NCBI RefSeq assembly: GCF_018350175.1
Contig: NC_058382.1
Coordinates: 12,586,001 to 12,650,000, forward strand
Origin: Felis catus
Lineage: Eukaryota
Direction: 5' to 3'
Length of the DNA: 64,000 nucleotides
Shown one piece after another: positions 47,402-59,685 of this stretch (its first letter is position 1; each line of letters opens with the position of its first letter). A program made the position numbers and the translations under genes. The notes under the pieces are model-generated. The model was not told the origin of the DNA. It searched no databases and saw only the letters and a program-made list of their open reading frames with translations.

Positions 47402-47616
47402 TTTTTTTTTTATTTTTTTTTATTTATTTTTGGGACAGAGAGAGACAGAGCATGAACGGGGGAGGGGCAGAGAGAGAGGGAGACACAGAATTGGAAACAG
47501 GCTCCAGGCTCCAAGCCATCAGCCCAGAGCCCGACGCGGGGCTCGAACTCCCGGACCGCGAGATCGTGACCTGGCTGAAGTCGGACGCTTAACCGACTGC
47601 GCCACCCAGGCGCCCC
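47402..47616 (-). mobile_element. young felid CAN-SINE
   Basis: full length; TSD cagtgaatattttct. Confidence 0.92.
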
Positions 47617-47819
47617 CAGTGAATATTTTCTGAACTCCGACCCTGGGCCATGCCCTGTGCCGCGTGCGGGGGACACGGTGGCCCCACTCACCCTGGCCTC
47701 CACGGTGTCACAGAGTCGACATTGCAAGGAGCCCAGAAGGGGGTCGTCCCTCTCCCGAAGTGCCACAGTGAGCCCAGAGGCAGAGCAGGCACTGACGGCG
47801 GGCTCTCCCCCTCCCACAG

Positions 47820-47930
47820 CTGGAGAAGGAGGAACAGATACACAGCGTGGACATCGGCAATGACGGCTCGGCCTTTGTGGAGGTGCTGGTGGGCAGCTCG
47901 GCCGGAGGGGCTGGGGAGCAAGACTACGAG
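47820..47930 (+). CDS. XRCC1: XRCC1 exon 3
   Basis: LEKEEQIHSVDIGNDGSAFVEVLVGSSAGGAGEQDYE |gtaagc. Confidence 0.96.
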
Positions 47931-48541
47931 GTAAGCAGGGCCTTGAGATGGGCCCCACGCTGTTCCCTGCCCCAAGCACCCCCGTCACTGCTCCCCGCCC
48001 CCCCCGCCCAGGTGGAGATGAGTCACACTGCCCTCCGCCTCTGGAGGAGCAGACCCAGGTGATCCACTGCGCACCAGCACAGACACCCAAGTGCGCATCG
48101 GGGTGGTGTGAACAGCCAGAGGCGCTGGTCTGTTCTAAGAGGCCGTCGCTGCTTGAGAGCAGAACTGCTTTTCTCTGGTCCCAGAGGTTCTCACAGATGT
48201 CCTGGCAAATTGAGATTCCGTGCTGTTTGGGATGCCTCTGTTAGTCACTTTATACGCGCAAATGTTTACAAGGAGGAATGCCTTTTGCTCTATTACAAGT
48301 ATTTTAAGAGTTGGCACGATCTTTTGTTACTGGTTAAATTCATTAGCGCTGGGCTGGGGAGATCATAGTTAGCCAGCTGGCTAATTCACAGAATGTCTTG
48401 GGGTAGAAATAAACCTACTTGAAAAAGCAAGTTTATAATTGTAAGTAAACAAACCAGTTTTCTACAAGGTGAGGATTTTTCTTACAGTGACTAATGGTTT
48501 TTAATGGAAGTATATTTTGCATCCGATAAAATGAACAGATC

Positions 48542-48757
48542 TTTTTTTTTAATGTTTATTTTTGAGAGAGAGAGAGAGAAGGAGAGCACACATGAGCGAG
48601 GGAGGAGCAGAGGGAGAGGGAGACACAGAATCAGAAGCGGACTCCAGGCTCTGAGTTGTCCACACAGAGTCCGACGCGGGGCTTGAACTCACAAACCGTG
48701 AGTTCACAACCTGAGCTGAAGTTGGATGCTTAACCGACTGAGCCACCCAGATGCCCC
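48542..48757 (-). mobile_element. CAN-SINE
   Basis: SINE body in reverse. Confidence 0.87.
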
Positions 48758-49920
48758 TAAAATGCACAGATCTTAATGTACAGGTCAATGTGTTTTGACA
48801 GCTGTGTACATCTGTGTAACTGGCCCCAAATGAGGACACAGGGCAACAGCCCTGGAAGGTCCCTCACACCCCTTTGCATTCACTCCCCAAACCCACTCCC
48901 TCACCAGCTCAGGCAGCCTCTGGTCTCTTCTCTGTCACGACGGGCTAGCTTTGCCTGTCCTAAATTTCCTACAAATGGAATTTCACAGTTTATACTCTTT
49001 TCTTGTGGCTGCCCTTTTTCACTCATCGTCCCGTTTTTTGAGATTCTTCCCTATGGCATGTCAGCTAAGTAGTGTTCACCGTAGGCAGAGACCATGATTT
49101 CTTCCTCCATTCTCTTGTTGATGGGCATCTGGGCTGTGGCCACTTTTTGATTATTATGAATAAAGCTGCCGTGAACGTTTTCGTACAAGCCTCTGCATGG
49201 TGATCTCTTTAGGGTAAATACCCAAGAGTGGGATTGCATGGTCTTAGGGTAGATGTAGGTTTTAACCTTCTTAGATATCGACAGTTTTCCAAAGTGGTTG
49301 TACCATTTTATATTCCCTTCAGCAGTAGATGAGAGAGTTCTAGTTCCTCCACATCCTTACCTATATTGATGTTGCCAGAGTTTTTAATTTGTTAAATTTC
49401 AGCCATTCATATGGCAGGTGGTGGTACTTTAATATGGATTTAATTTGTATTTTCCTGGCAAGTAATGACATCGTATAACCCTTCGTGTACTTTTTAGCCC
49501 TTCATTTATCTTATTCTGTTTAGTGTCCATTCAAGTCTTTTTCTTGTTTTTTATTGGGCTGTCTTTCTGTCATGGATGTTAATGATGGGTTTGTTTATTT
49601 TTTTCCATCTTTTTTTTTTTTCAGATACTTATGTTGCAGACTCCCCCCTTCTCATTATCTTTAAATTTCTTGTATTAAAGTATAATTAACATACAGTTTA
49701 ATATTGGTTTCAGGTGTGCAGTGTAATGATTCAGCAATTCTATACATCACTCAGTGCTCATCATGATCATTATCTAACAGTGCCTTTTGATGAGCAGAAG
49801 CTGATGAAGTCCAGTCGATCAAGGTTTTTTGTTCTTTTTTCTTTTTTTTTTTCTTACTGCATAGTGCCTTTTGTGTCCTATAAAAAACATTCACCTGTCC
49901 CAAAGTAATGATGATAGTCC

Positions 49921-50620
49921 CTGTATTAATTTCTCATTGCTGCTACAACAAATGACCACAAACTCGGTGGCTTAAAACTGTAACACAGACTTACTATCTC
50001 ACAGTTCTAAGTCAGAAGTCCAAAATCAGGTTCAGGGGGCTGAACTCTTGGTGTTAGCAGGACAGTTCCTTCTGAAGGCTCTAGGGGAGAATCCATTTCC
50101 TTACCTACTACAGCTTCTAGAAGCCACATGCATATCTATTTCTTGGCCTGTGGCCCCTTCCATCTTCAAAGGTAGCAACCACAATACTGTAATATGTTTC
50201 CATCCTCACTTTGACTCTGACTCTCCGGCCTTGCCCTTTATTTATTTTTTTTAATTTTTTTTTTTAATGTTTATTTATTTGTTTTTGAGAAAGGGAGAGA
50301 GAACACAAGCAGGGAGGGGCAGAGAGAGGGAGACCCAGAATCTGAAGCAGGCTCCAGGCTCTGAGCTGTTAACATAGAGCCTGACGTGGGGCTCAAACCC
50401 ACGAACTGACGTTGGGTGCTTAACCCACTGAGCCACCCAGGTGCCCCTCACCCTTTCATATAAAGACCCTTGTGAAGACACTGGGCCCACCTGGATAACC
50501 CAGGCTTATCTCACCATCTCAAGGTACTTAATCACATCTGCAGAGTCCCTTTTGCCATATTCACAGGTGCCAGAGATTAGCACATGGCCCTCTTTGGGGT
50601 GCTGTTATTCTGCCTACTGT
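49921..50620 (-). mobile_element. MaLR (MLT1-like) LTR interrupted by a SINE (50237-50447)
   Basis: tgtattaatttctcattgctgct...ccacaaact...ttattctgcctac. Confidence 0.75.
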
Positions 50621-50665
50621 CATCTTCCGTGTTTTTTTTCTAGAAGCTTTATAATTTTAGATTTT

Positions 50666-50856
50666 ACGTTTATTTATTTGTTTGTTTTATTTTGAGAGAG
50701 AGATAAAGAGCTAGAGGGGAAGGGGCAGAGAGAAAGGGAGAGACAGAATCTCAAGCAGGCTCTGCACTATGAGTGCAGAGCCTGATGCAGGGCTCGAACT
50801 CATGAACCGTGAGCCGAAGTCAAGAGTTGGATGCTTAACCGATTAAGCCAGCCAGG
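50666..50856 (-). mobile_element. CAN-SINE (internally deleted)
   Basis: SINE body in reverse. Confidence 0.8.
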
Positions 50857-51132
50857 GATTTTACATTTAGATCTCTGATCCATCTCAAATGAATTTTTTT
50901 TATATTGTATGAAGTAGAGGACAAGGTCCTTTTTTCCTTTTTTTTTTTTTTTTTTATGTTTGTTGAAAATACTAAAAAAGAAAAGATTTTCCAGGCACCC
51001 ATCCTTGGGTCAGCCCATTCCTCTGTCTCTGGAGTGTACTGTCACTTTTTGCTAAAAAAAACAAAAACAAAAACAAAAAACTTTGCTACTTTAACTCTAA
51101 AGAAAGGAGAAAAAAAAAAAAAAGATTTTCCT

Positions 51133-51470
51133 GGGGCACCTGGCTGACTCTGTCAGTGGAGCATGTGACTCTTGATCTCAGTTGTGAGTTTGAGCCCCAC
51201 GTTGGGTGTAGAGATTACTTAGAAATAAAATCTTTAGGGGCATCTGGGTGGTTTAGTCAGTTAAGCCTCGGACTTTTGATCTCGGCTCAGGTCACGATCT
51301 CACCATTTGGAGTCTGAGCCCCACGTCGGGCTCTGCACTGACAGCATGGAACCTGCTTGGGATTCTGTCTCTCTCTCTCTCTCTCTGCTTCTCCCTCCCT
51401 CTTTCACCCTCTGGCTCTCTCAAAATAAATGAACTCCAATAAATAAATAAAGTAAAATCTTTAAAAAAAA
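51133..51470 (+). mobile_element. short older CAN-SINE with a second SINE (51237-51447) inserted in its tail
   Basis: two SINE heads; repeated taaaatcttta flanks the second. Confidence 0.8.
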
Positions 51471-52515
51471 AAGGATTTTTCTTTTCCTACCGAATTGTTT
51501 TGGCTCTTTTATTGAAAATTAATTGATCATAGATATGTAGGTTTATTTCTGTACTCTCTATTCTGTTTCATTGATATGTATGTTTATCTTTAGGCCAGTA
51601 CCCCACTGTCTTCATGATAAATATTGAAATCAGATTGTGTTGGACTTCCAACTTTGGTTTTCAAGAGTCCCTTGATTATTCTAGATCTTTAACATTTATT
51701 TCCATGTCCATTATTAAACCAGCTTGTCAGTAAGTTTATTTCTGACTTATAGAAAACTTACAAAAGTAGTACAAAGGATTCCCCTATAATCTTCACTCCG
51801 ATTTCTCAAATGTTAACACATATGTACGTATTTTTTACTGAACTGAAAGTCATTTGCCCATGTTATTCCTGTTAACAACAGCGGATGTTTCCTAAAAAGA
51901 GAGATATTCTCTTAACCTCAGTACATTTATTAACGGTAGGAAATTAATGTTGATCTAGTCCTCTGCCATCTGATCTCAGACCTTTTTCCGATTTTCTTCA
52001 TTATCCCAGTAACATTCTTAATAGCAGAAGAAAATTCAGGATCATGCATTGCATTGATTTGTCATGTCTGCTTGGTTTCGTTTCCCTGGGAGCGGTTCTT
52101 GTGACTTTCTTGGTATTTTATGCCGTTGACGTTTTGGAAGAGTAGAGGTCAGTGACTTTGTAAAATATCACTCATTGTACAGACTGTGTGACGTTTCCTC
52201 ATGACGAAATTTAGGTCATACAGCTTTGGCCCGAACACCACAGAGGGGATGTTGCGCTCTCAGCGCGTCGGATCACAGAGCACACGCTGTTGAGCTGCTC
52301 TAACACTGATGGTGTTAACTTGGGTCATTTTATTAAGGACCAGGTTTGGCCACTGTGAAATTATTGTCTTGCCCTTTGGAAATGAATAAGTATCGTTTAG
52401 GGAAATACTTTGAGGCTATATAAATACCTTGTTTCTGCACAAACGTGTAGTCACGAGTTTTCTCATCTGTTACTGGTTCTTGCCTAATTATTGCTGCTGT
52501 TTGAATTATACTCTA

Positions 52516-52741
52516 GGGGCGCCTGGGTGGCGCAGTCGGTTAAGCGTCCGACTTCAGCCAGGTCACGATCTCGCGGTCCGGGAGTTCGAGCCCCGCGTCA
52601 GGCTCTGGGCTGATGGCTCGGAGCCTGGAGCCTGTTTCCAAATCCGTGTCTCCCTCTCTCTCTGCCCCTCCCCCGTTCATGCTCTGTCTCTCTCTGTCCC
52701 AAAAATAAATAAACGTTGAAAAAAAAAATTAAAAAAAAAAA
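52516..52741 (+). mobile_element. young felid CAN-SINE
   Basis: full length; TSD tgaattatactcta 52502-52515 and 52742-52755. Confidence 0.92.
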
Positions 52742-52762
52742 TGAATTATACTCTAAAAAAAA

Positions 52763-52968
52763 TTTTTTTTTAACGTTTATTTAATTTTGAGACAGAGAGA
52801 GAGCATGAACGGGGGAGGGTCAGAGAGAGGGAGACACAGAATCTGAAACAGGCTCCAGGCTCCGAGCTGTCAGCACAGAGCCCGACGCGGGGCTCGAACT
52901 CACGGGCCGCGAGGTCATGACCTGAGCCGAAGTCGGCTGCTCAACCGACTGGGCCACCCAGGCGCCCC
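52763..52968 (-). mobile_element. felid CAN-SINE, inverted and adjacent to previous copy
   Basis: full length; followed by tgaattata. Confidence 0.92.
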
Positions 52969-53534
52969 TGAATTATATTTTTTAAAAAAATGTCATTTCC
53001 CAGTTGTTGATAGTATAATAACAACACAGTTGATATTTGTGTATCGACCTTGTGTCTTGTGACCTTGCTAAATTGAGTTACTAATTCTTGTAGGAGAATC
53101 CTATGGAATTTGTGTAGATCCCTGGGGATTTTTTTTTTTTTTTAACAAAGATAGTGACACTGTATGTGAATAAAGATAGCTTTCTTTCTAACATTTATGC
53201 TTTTGTTTTTCCTTTTTCTCATTTTCTCACCCTGGCTAGTATCTCGAGTACAATGTCAAATAGAGCTGGTGAGGGCACACATCCTTGTGTTGCCCCTGAT
53301 CGTACGGGGAAAGTGTTGAGTCTTTACCACGAAATACGATGTCCGCTGGAGATCTGGCTTACCCATGTCCATTGTCAAGTTGAGGATGTTCTTTTCCAGA
53401 CCTGCTTTCATGAGAGCTTTTTCGTGAACATGTGTGGACTTTAATCAAGCGCTTTTTCTGATCTGTGAGGTACATTTTCACAAACGCGAGGGTGTCCTTT
53501 AGCAAACATTCTCATTCTCAAGGTTATATTCAGT

Positions 53535-54211
53535 TGTAAAAAGGTAAACTGAAGCACGTTGAATTTTGGCCAGTTTATTTGAGCAAACCATGCAAATCGG
53601 GGGCCCAAACTGAAAATGATTAGGAGTGCTGTGTGGGCAGGCTAGGGCAGTTTTTTGTTGTTGTTGTTGTTTATAATTAAGCTAGCTCCTGCTGCCACAA
53701 CTTTGTTTTTAAATGTTTATTTATTTTTGAGAGACAGAGAGCAAGCAGGGGACGGGCAGAGCGAGAGGGAGACACAGAATCCGAAGCAGGCTCCGGGCTC
53801 TGAGCTGTCAGCACAGAGCCTGACACAGGGCTCGAACTCACAGACCACGAGATCATGACCTGAGCCCAAGTCGGACGCTTTACCGACTGAGCCACCCGGG
53901 CGCCCCAAGCAGAGGTTTTTGTAGAGAAGATGCCAAAGCAAACCGAAGAAATGACTTAACTGGCTGTAGCTTTAAACGATTGCCTCGTTTGGAAAAATCT
54001 AGTTACTTGGTAGCTGTTAGAATAGTTGTTCTTGAGTTTCATTCTCTCAGACTTGAGAAATTTAGTCCGCTGTTTATGATTCGTTGTGTATGCATTTAAT
54101 TTTCTGATTCTGGCTTAGGTTTGGGTTTATTCACAGAGGCTCCCTCATCACTAGAGTCACCCAGTCTAAAACCCCCACTTGGGTTACTGCCACCCAGTAA
54201 CTGTTTTAACA
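53535..54211 (-). mobile_element. ERV1-class solo LTR interrupted by SINE (53702-53906)
   Basis: TG...CA termini; aggtaaactgaagca...gtttatttgagcaaa resembles carnivore ERV1 LTRs as I recall them. Confidence 0.55.
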
Positions 54212-55661
54212 AAGTCAGCGGTCCTTGGAACTACTAAGAAAAGTTCTCTGTTCTTCTTGGCATAGAGATTTGGATCAACATTCTATTTATAACGATGACA
54301 ACTGAGGAAGTGTGTTTTTAGCTAAAATTCTATCGTATCTGTGTAGGTGAATGTCTATTATTCGCCCTCTATCTAGCAAGATGAAATGGCTACTCAGGGC
54401 TTTATCTTTTCAAAGTCTGAAAATGCCTATGCCCAAGAGTAACTCCTAACCAGGACTGAATTAAAGACTCCAGGACTTGTGATGTTTGGCTTCCACCCAG
54501 AGACCAAGTAGGGCTGGAAGAGTCAAGGAAGAAAAGGAAATTCAAGGGCAGAGCAGGGCTGGTCCACTTTGGTGTCGCCTGTCCAAATCAGGCGTAAGGC
54601 CCCGACTGTCATAACCGATACCACTTTCTACAAAATCAATGTGTTCTTTTCTTCCCTCTCCAAATTCTACAAGGGAGATACATAAGCTTTCGAGGTTAAA
54701 ACAGTCTAGAGAATAAAGGTTTAACCCCAGAGCCTCAAACACAGTGTTGGATAATAAAACAGTCTGGACAGCTAGAGTTGTTTTTGCCTTACAGTGAATG
54801 GGAGGAGCCTGTATTGAGGAAATGAACCTCCGAGTGCGGACCACAGCTGCCCACCACAGTCTTACCTTGCCCCTTCACCGTAGTTACTCAATGGTAAATT
54901 CAGCTCCCCTGTCAGCTCAAAATCGGGCCCTTTGCTAAACAACTCAAGGCCAGGGAGATGGCTTTCCTTCTGTATAACCGGCCTTGTCTTTGTTGTTTCC
55001 TTTTCATAATCAGAGCTGAGCACAAAGAGACCGATAGATTCCATGCTTTCCTGAGCGAAAGGCTTTGTTTTCTGATTTCACAAATCTCACGGCATGTCCG
55101 TGAGAAGACACTAAGTAAAACAGAATATACCCACCTCAAATTGGATCACTGTGTAAGAAAATTTATCGTTTCCTGAGGAGGGGAGTACGGCATTAGGCAG
55201 ACCCACAGTTGATCTGGCAGTCGGAGGTGGAGGGGGCTCGGTTGGCACCTGTTGTTTCTTTTGGACTTGCCTGCGGGATTACAAAATGATTGCTGCTGCT
55301 CCATCCATCATGTAGTAGCACCCAAAGCAGGAAGTGGAGGAAGTAGAATGGCAGAAATTCAGTGGCTCTCTTCCGTCCTGTTTCTCCGTGTTGAGGAAAG
55401 AAGATCTCTCCTAGCAGCCCCCAGCACCCTTCCTCTTACCATCCCATTGGCCGATTGGGTCATGTGCCCGTCCCCAAGCAGCCGTTGGCAGAGGGAATTG
55501 GATTGCTTGGACCAATCCTGGTTCACCCCTTAGTGTTGGGCACACAGCTCTCCCACTCTTTTTCAAAACTGCCTGGACCGTTTGATTCTCTTTTGTCCCT
55601 TCATCACGCTGTCATGATGGAGCTCCCTTTATTTCTTTAAACTATTAAATATATTTTCTTT

Positions 55662-56087
55662 GTGGCGCCTGCGTGGCTCAGTTGGTTAAGCGTCTGACTC
55701 TTGGTTTCGGCTCAGGTCATGATCTCACAATCTCATGAGTTCAAACCCCATGTCCGGCTCTGTGCTGGCAGCACGGAGCCTGCTTGGGATTCTCTCTCTC
55801 CCTCTCTGCCCCTCCCCAACTTGCACTTGTCTCTGTCTCTCTCAAAATAAATAAACTTAGGGGCGCCTGGGTGGCGCAGTCGGTTAAGCGTCCGACTTCA
55901 GCCAGGTCACGATCTTGCGGTCCGTGAGTTCGAGCCCTGCGTCGGGCTCTGGGCTGATGGCTCAGAGCCTGGAGCCTGTTTCTGATTCTGTGTCTCCCTC
56001 TCTCTCTGCCCCTCCCCCGTTCATGCTCTGTCTCTCTCTGTCCCCCAAAAAAATAAACATTGAAAAAAAAATTAAAAAAAAAAGAAA
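55662..56087 (+). mobile_element. head-to-tail CAN-SINE dimer (55662-55858 and young copy 55860-56087)
   Basis: two consecutive SINE heads and tails. Confidence 0.88.
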
Positions 56088-56403
56088 ATTAGGCCAGTCG
56101 TTAGGATTATTCTGTGCTGGAGGTTCCTTAGGTGGTGTAGCTGGCTCTATGGCCGGATATAGAAGACTCTATGAAAGAATTTAGAGGAGGTTCATTCAGA
56201 CTTGGCAGTGGAGGGCTCTCACTGGAGCCTGTGTCAGGAGGAAGTGACTGGAGGCCCAGAAGCAAGGGAAGGGACAGACGTTGAGGTGCAGGCTGGATCT
56301 GGCCTCCCTAGCCCCTACTTGGGCCCCTGTTCTTTTTCCAGCCACTAGGAGGTGTCATTGAAATCAGTCAGCCCTAGTTCTCCTTCGATGTTCCTTCTTC
56401 CAG

Positions 56404-56562
56404 GTCCTGCTGGTCACTTCGTCTTTCATGTCCCCTTCTGAGAGCCGCAGTGGCTCAAACCCCAACCGCGTTCGCATTTTCGGGCCCGACAAGTTGGTCC
56501 GGGCAGCAGCTGAGAAGCGCTGGGACCGCGTCAAAATCGTTTGCAGCCAGCCCTACAGCAAG
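56404..56562 (+). CDS. XRCC1: XRCC1 exon 4
   Basis: VLLVTSSFMSPSESRSGSNPNRVRIFGPDKLVRAAAEKRWDRVKIVCSQPYSK. Confidence 0.96.
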
Positions 56563-57434
56563 GTACCTGGGGTGGGAGCTGAGGGTGCAGGGTCCTCGGT
56601 CCTGGGCAAGGAGAGGGGCGAGGGGCCAACACTGAATCCCAGAGGACTGAGCTGGGAGGACGGGGCATCTGGTCTCCCTGGGGGATTATGAGGCGGCTGG
56701 GTCCCGGAGGTTTCTGAAGTGGGTTTGCGATCCTTCTCCCAGGTGAGGCTTCATTTCCTAGAGGATGTCTGAGAAAGGCAGACTGCAGGACCTCAGGGGA
56801 GGAGAAGGGGGGCTGCTGACTTGTTAGAGGAGTAGTCTAATAGTTACCATCATGGGATCCGGGGTCTGACGCTGGGCCCACCACTTCTTAGCTGTGTGAC
56901 CTTAGGCAAGTGACTTAACCTTCTGGCCTCAGTTTCCTGATCCTAATAGGGTTGCTGTGGGTTAGGGATGCTAAGCTGTGCTACCAAAGAGACTCAAGTA
57001 TATCATGACACCACACAGTAGAGGTAGACTTCTTACCCATGGACCTGTCTTTGGGAGTGTCTGGCCGGTCATCCAGGCTCCCCTAGCCGGTAGAGCGGGA
57101 AAGAGCCTGGAGCAGTTCTGTGCTCCCGAAGCGGTGCACAGTGCTCCCTCCCATTCTGTAGTCAGGAATTTGAGCATGTGGGAGAGGATTCGCTTGGACA
57201 CCGGCAGCCTTTGTCACTCGCTTTGAGGCTGACGGAGCTGATGCACGTAAAGGGCTTGTCGCCGCACCTGGCCCAGAGTTAGGGCTCACTGCCAGCTTGA
57301 TGCTGTATTGTCGCCATTGTCCTCTGGGCACCTCCCTAGACATGTGTGTCCATAGGAGGGAAAGAGCCAGAAGGGGGTTTCCCCAAGGGGCTCTGCCTTG
57401 GCCGCACTTCGTGACTCCCACCCTCCTTTCCCAG

Positions 57435-57509
57435 GACTCCCCCTATGGCCTGAGTTTTATACGGTTTCACAGCCCCCCAGACAAAGAGGAGGTGGAGGCC
57501 TCACCCCAG
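57435..57509 (+). CDS. XRCC1: XRCC1 exon 5
   Basis: DSPYGLSFIRFHSPPDKEEVEASPQ. Confidence 0.95.
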
Positions 57510-57604
57510 GTAAGCTCTGCCCACCACCTCCCGGAGCCCTCTCCCTACCTCTTCACCCCCACCTGCCAACAGCCACTCACCGTACTGACCTTGTGAGACC
57601 TTAG

Positions 57605-57710
57605 AAGGTGACCAAGCTTGGCCAGTTCCGCGTGAAGGAGGAGGATGAGGGTGCTAACTCCCTGAGACCCGGGGCCCTCTTCTTCAGCCGGATCAATAAG
57701 ACATCCCCCG
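57605..57710 (+). CDS. XRCC1: XRCC1 exon 6
   Basis: KVTKLGQFRVKEEDEGANSLRPGALFFSRINKTSP; tag| acceptor. Confidence 0.9.
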
Positions 57711-57928
57711 GTGAGTGCGGAAACATGAGTCCCCATTGAGTCCAGGGTTGGAACCTGGACTTGGGTCTGAGGGAGGAGGAGGCTAGAGGCTCCCAGGTCT
57801 GAGGGAGGAGGGGGCTGGGGGCCTGGATCACTACCGCGTTACGAGAACAACGCTCTGCCCCATGGGTAGGAGGTGAAGGGTCTTAGGGCCCAGCCCCCTC
57901 ACCCTGGATCCACTTTCTCCCTCTGTAG

Positions 57929-58038
57929 CCACAGCCACCGACCCAGCAGGACCCAGCTACGCAGCTGCTACACTGCAGGCCTCTAGTGCCGCCTCTTCGG
58001 CCTCTCCAGTCTCCAGGGCAGTGGGCGGCGCCTCCAAG
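57929..58038 (+). CDS. XRCC1: XRCC1 exon 7
   Basis: ATATDPAGPSYAAATLQASSAASSASPVSRAVGGASK. Confidence 0.93.
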
Positions 58039-58113
58039 GTGAGATTATCAGACCCTGGTGGGATGGAGAAGGAGGGGAGAAGCCACAGGCCTCGACTCAT
58101 CCCAACCCCTCAG

Positions 58114-58225
58114 CCTCAGGAGTCCCCCAAAGGGAAGAGAAAATTGGATTTGAACCAAGAAGAAAGGAAGATGCCCGGCAAAGCATCAGCCCAGCCCTCA
58201 CCACCTGCCCTCAAGAGACCCAAAT
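58114..58225 (+). CDS. XRCC1: XRCC1 exon 8 (bipartite NLS)
   Basis: PQESPKGKRKLDLNQEE...LKRPK. Confidence 0.94.
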
Positions 58226-58450
58226 GTGAGCCCTGGATTCCTTGTTGTCACAGGGGCCTGTGTTCCTGCCTCCTGGGAGAGGAGGGCTGGGGGCCTGGAA
58301 TCCTGGGGTCTGTGGGAGGAGGGGCTGGGGGCCCTAGACTCCTGGGTCTGCGGGAGGAGGGGCCGGGGCCCCTGGCCCTGGGTCTGAGGGAGGAGGGGCT
58401 GGGGTTTAGTCCCAGCAGTACTAAGTGAATCTACTCTTTGGCTTCCCCAG

Positions 58451-58709
58451 TGCCAGCTCCCACCCGTACCCCAGCCAGCAGCACCCCAGTCCCCGCTTCA
58501 GCACGAGGCACAGTGCCAGGGAAGACCCGAGAAGCCACGGAGCCCAGGGGGCCCCGAGCTGGCCCGCAGGAGCTGGGGAAGATCCTTCAAGGTGTGGTGG
58601 TGGTGCTGAGTGGCTTCCAGAACCCCTTCCGCTCAGAGCTCCGGGACAAGGCCCTGGAGCTGGGGGCCAAGTATCGGCCAGACTGGACTCCAGACAGCAC
58701 CCACCTCAT
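58451..58709 (+). CDS. XRCC1: XRCC1 exon 9 (start of BRCT1)
   Basis: ELGKILQGVVVVLSGFQNPFRSELRDKALELGAKYRPDWTPDSTHL. Confidence 0.96.
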
Positions 58710-59007
58710 GTAGGCCGGCGCCCTCCTCCCCGCCGTGCTCCCCGCCACCCCTCTGTCTCCTCCATCTTACTTTCTGTTTCTTCCTGTCTGCCCGTCTCTG
58801 CCTGTGTCTCTTCCGTTCTCTGTATCTTCTGCCTCTTTTCTGATTCCTACATCTGTCCCTTGGTCTCCTAATGTCGTTTTCTGTTTCTCTCATGGCCTTC
58901 TCTTTCTCTTTTATTCAGGTCTTTCTTCCCCTCTGTCCTCGACCCTCTTTCCCGTTTGCCCCTCAGACCACACCTGGCTGACCACACCTTCCTTCTTCCC
59001 CCACCAG

Positions 59008-59124
59008 CTGTGCCTTTGCCAACACCCCCAAGTACAGCCAGGTCCTAGGCCTTGGAGGCCGCATCGTGCGGAAAGAGTGGGTGCTGGACTGTCACCGAAT
59101 GCGGCGGCGGCTGCCCTCCCGGAG
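59008..59124 (+). CDS. XRCC1: XRCC1 exon 10 (BRCT1)
   Basis: CAFANTPKYSQVLGLGGRIVRKEWVLDCHRMRRRLPSR. Confidence 0.96.
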
Positions 59125-59685
59125 GTGAGGCCTCGCTGGATTCATGGCTACATACACGCGTGCGCGCGCACACGCCATTCCTGCCCCGCATCCCGTGGCC
59201 CGTGCCGGGCAGAGCTGGGGATCTGGAAGGAAATCAGACTGGGGCCTCCGTACGTGGAGAACACAGGGCGGGCTCGCCCAGCGTCAGCAGGCTTCTGAGA
59301 GGAGGGGCGGGGGCTGCGAGACTGCGGAGGAGAGAGGACTCGCCTGGCGTCCCCGAGGGCTCCGTGAAGTCTGCTTCGGGAGCGTGAGAAGCATGGCAGC
59401 CTGGAGAAACAGCATTCGAAAGGCTCTTGTGCCTGGCACGTAGGAAATGCCGCGTGAGCAGGAGCTGTTAGGGTGCAGCTAGGGGAGCCCCTTTCCTGGA
59501 GTGTCAGCCACGTAAGGAACCGTGAATGTGGCCTCAAGGTCTTTGAAACAGGTTCAGCGGGGCCCTTCCAAAGGTGGAAGGTGAGGCATCCTGAGTGCTT
59601 CACAAATGCCAGTCCCCGTGGCTTCCTGAGCACCCCTCCGCAAGACAGGATGTGCTGTTTATCTGAGGCCTGATTCCTCCCCTAG

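Larger units (their letters stand above)
48760..53470 (-). mobile_element. fragmented old L1M element(s) with nested SINE and LTR insertions
   Basis: T-rich antisense L1 motifs e.g. gggtaaatacccaagagtgggattgc, ttttccaaagtggttgtaccatttta, tttatttctgtactctctattctgtttcattgat. Confidence 0.65.

Noticed and set aside
59120-59122. Arg codon at the position equivalent to human XRCC1 codon 399
   Set aside because: Expected ancestral state; not novel
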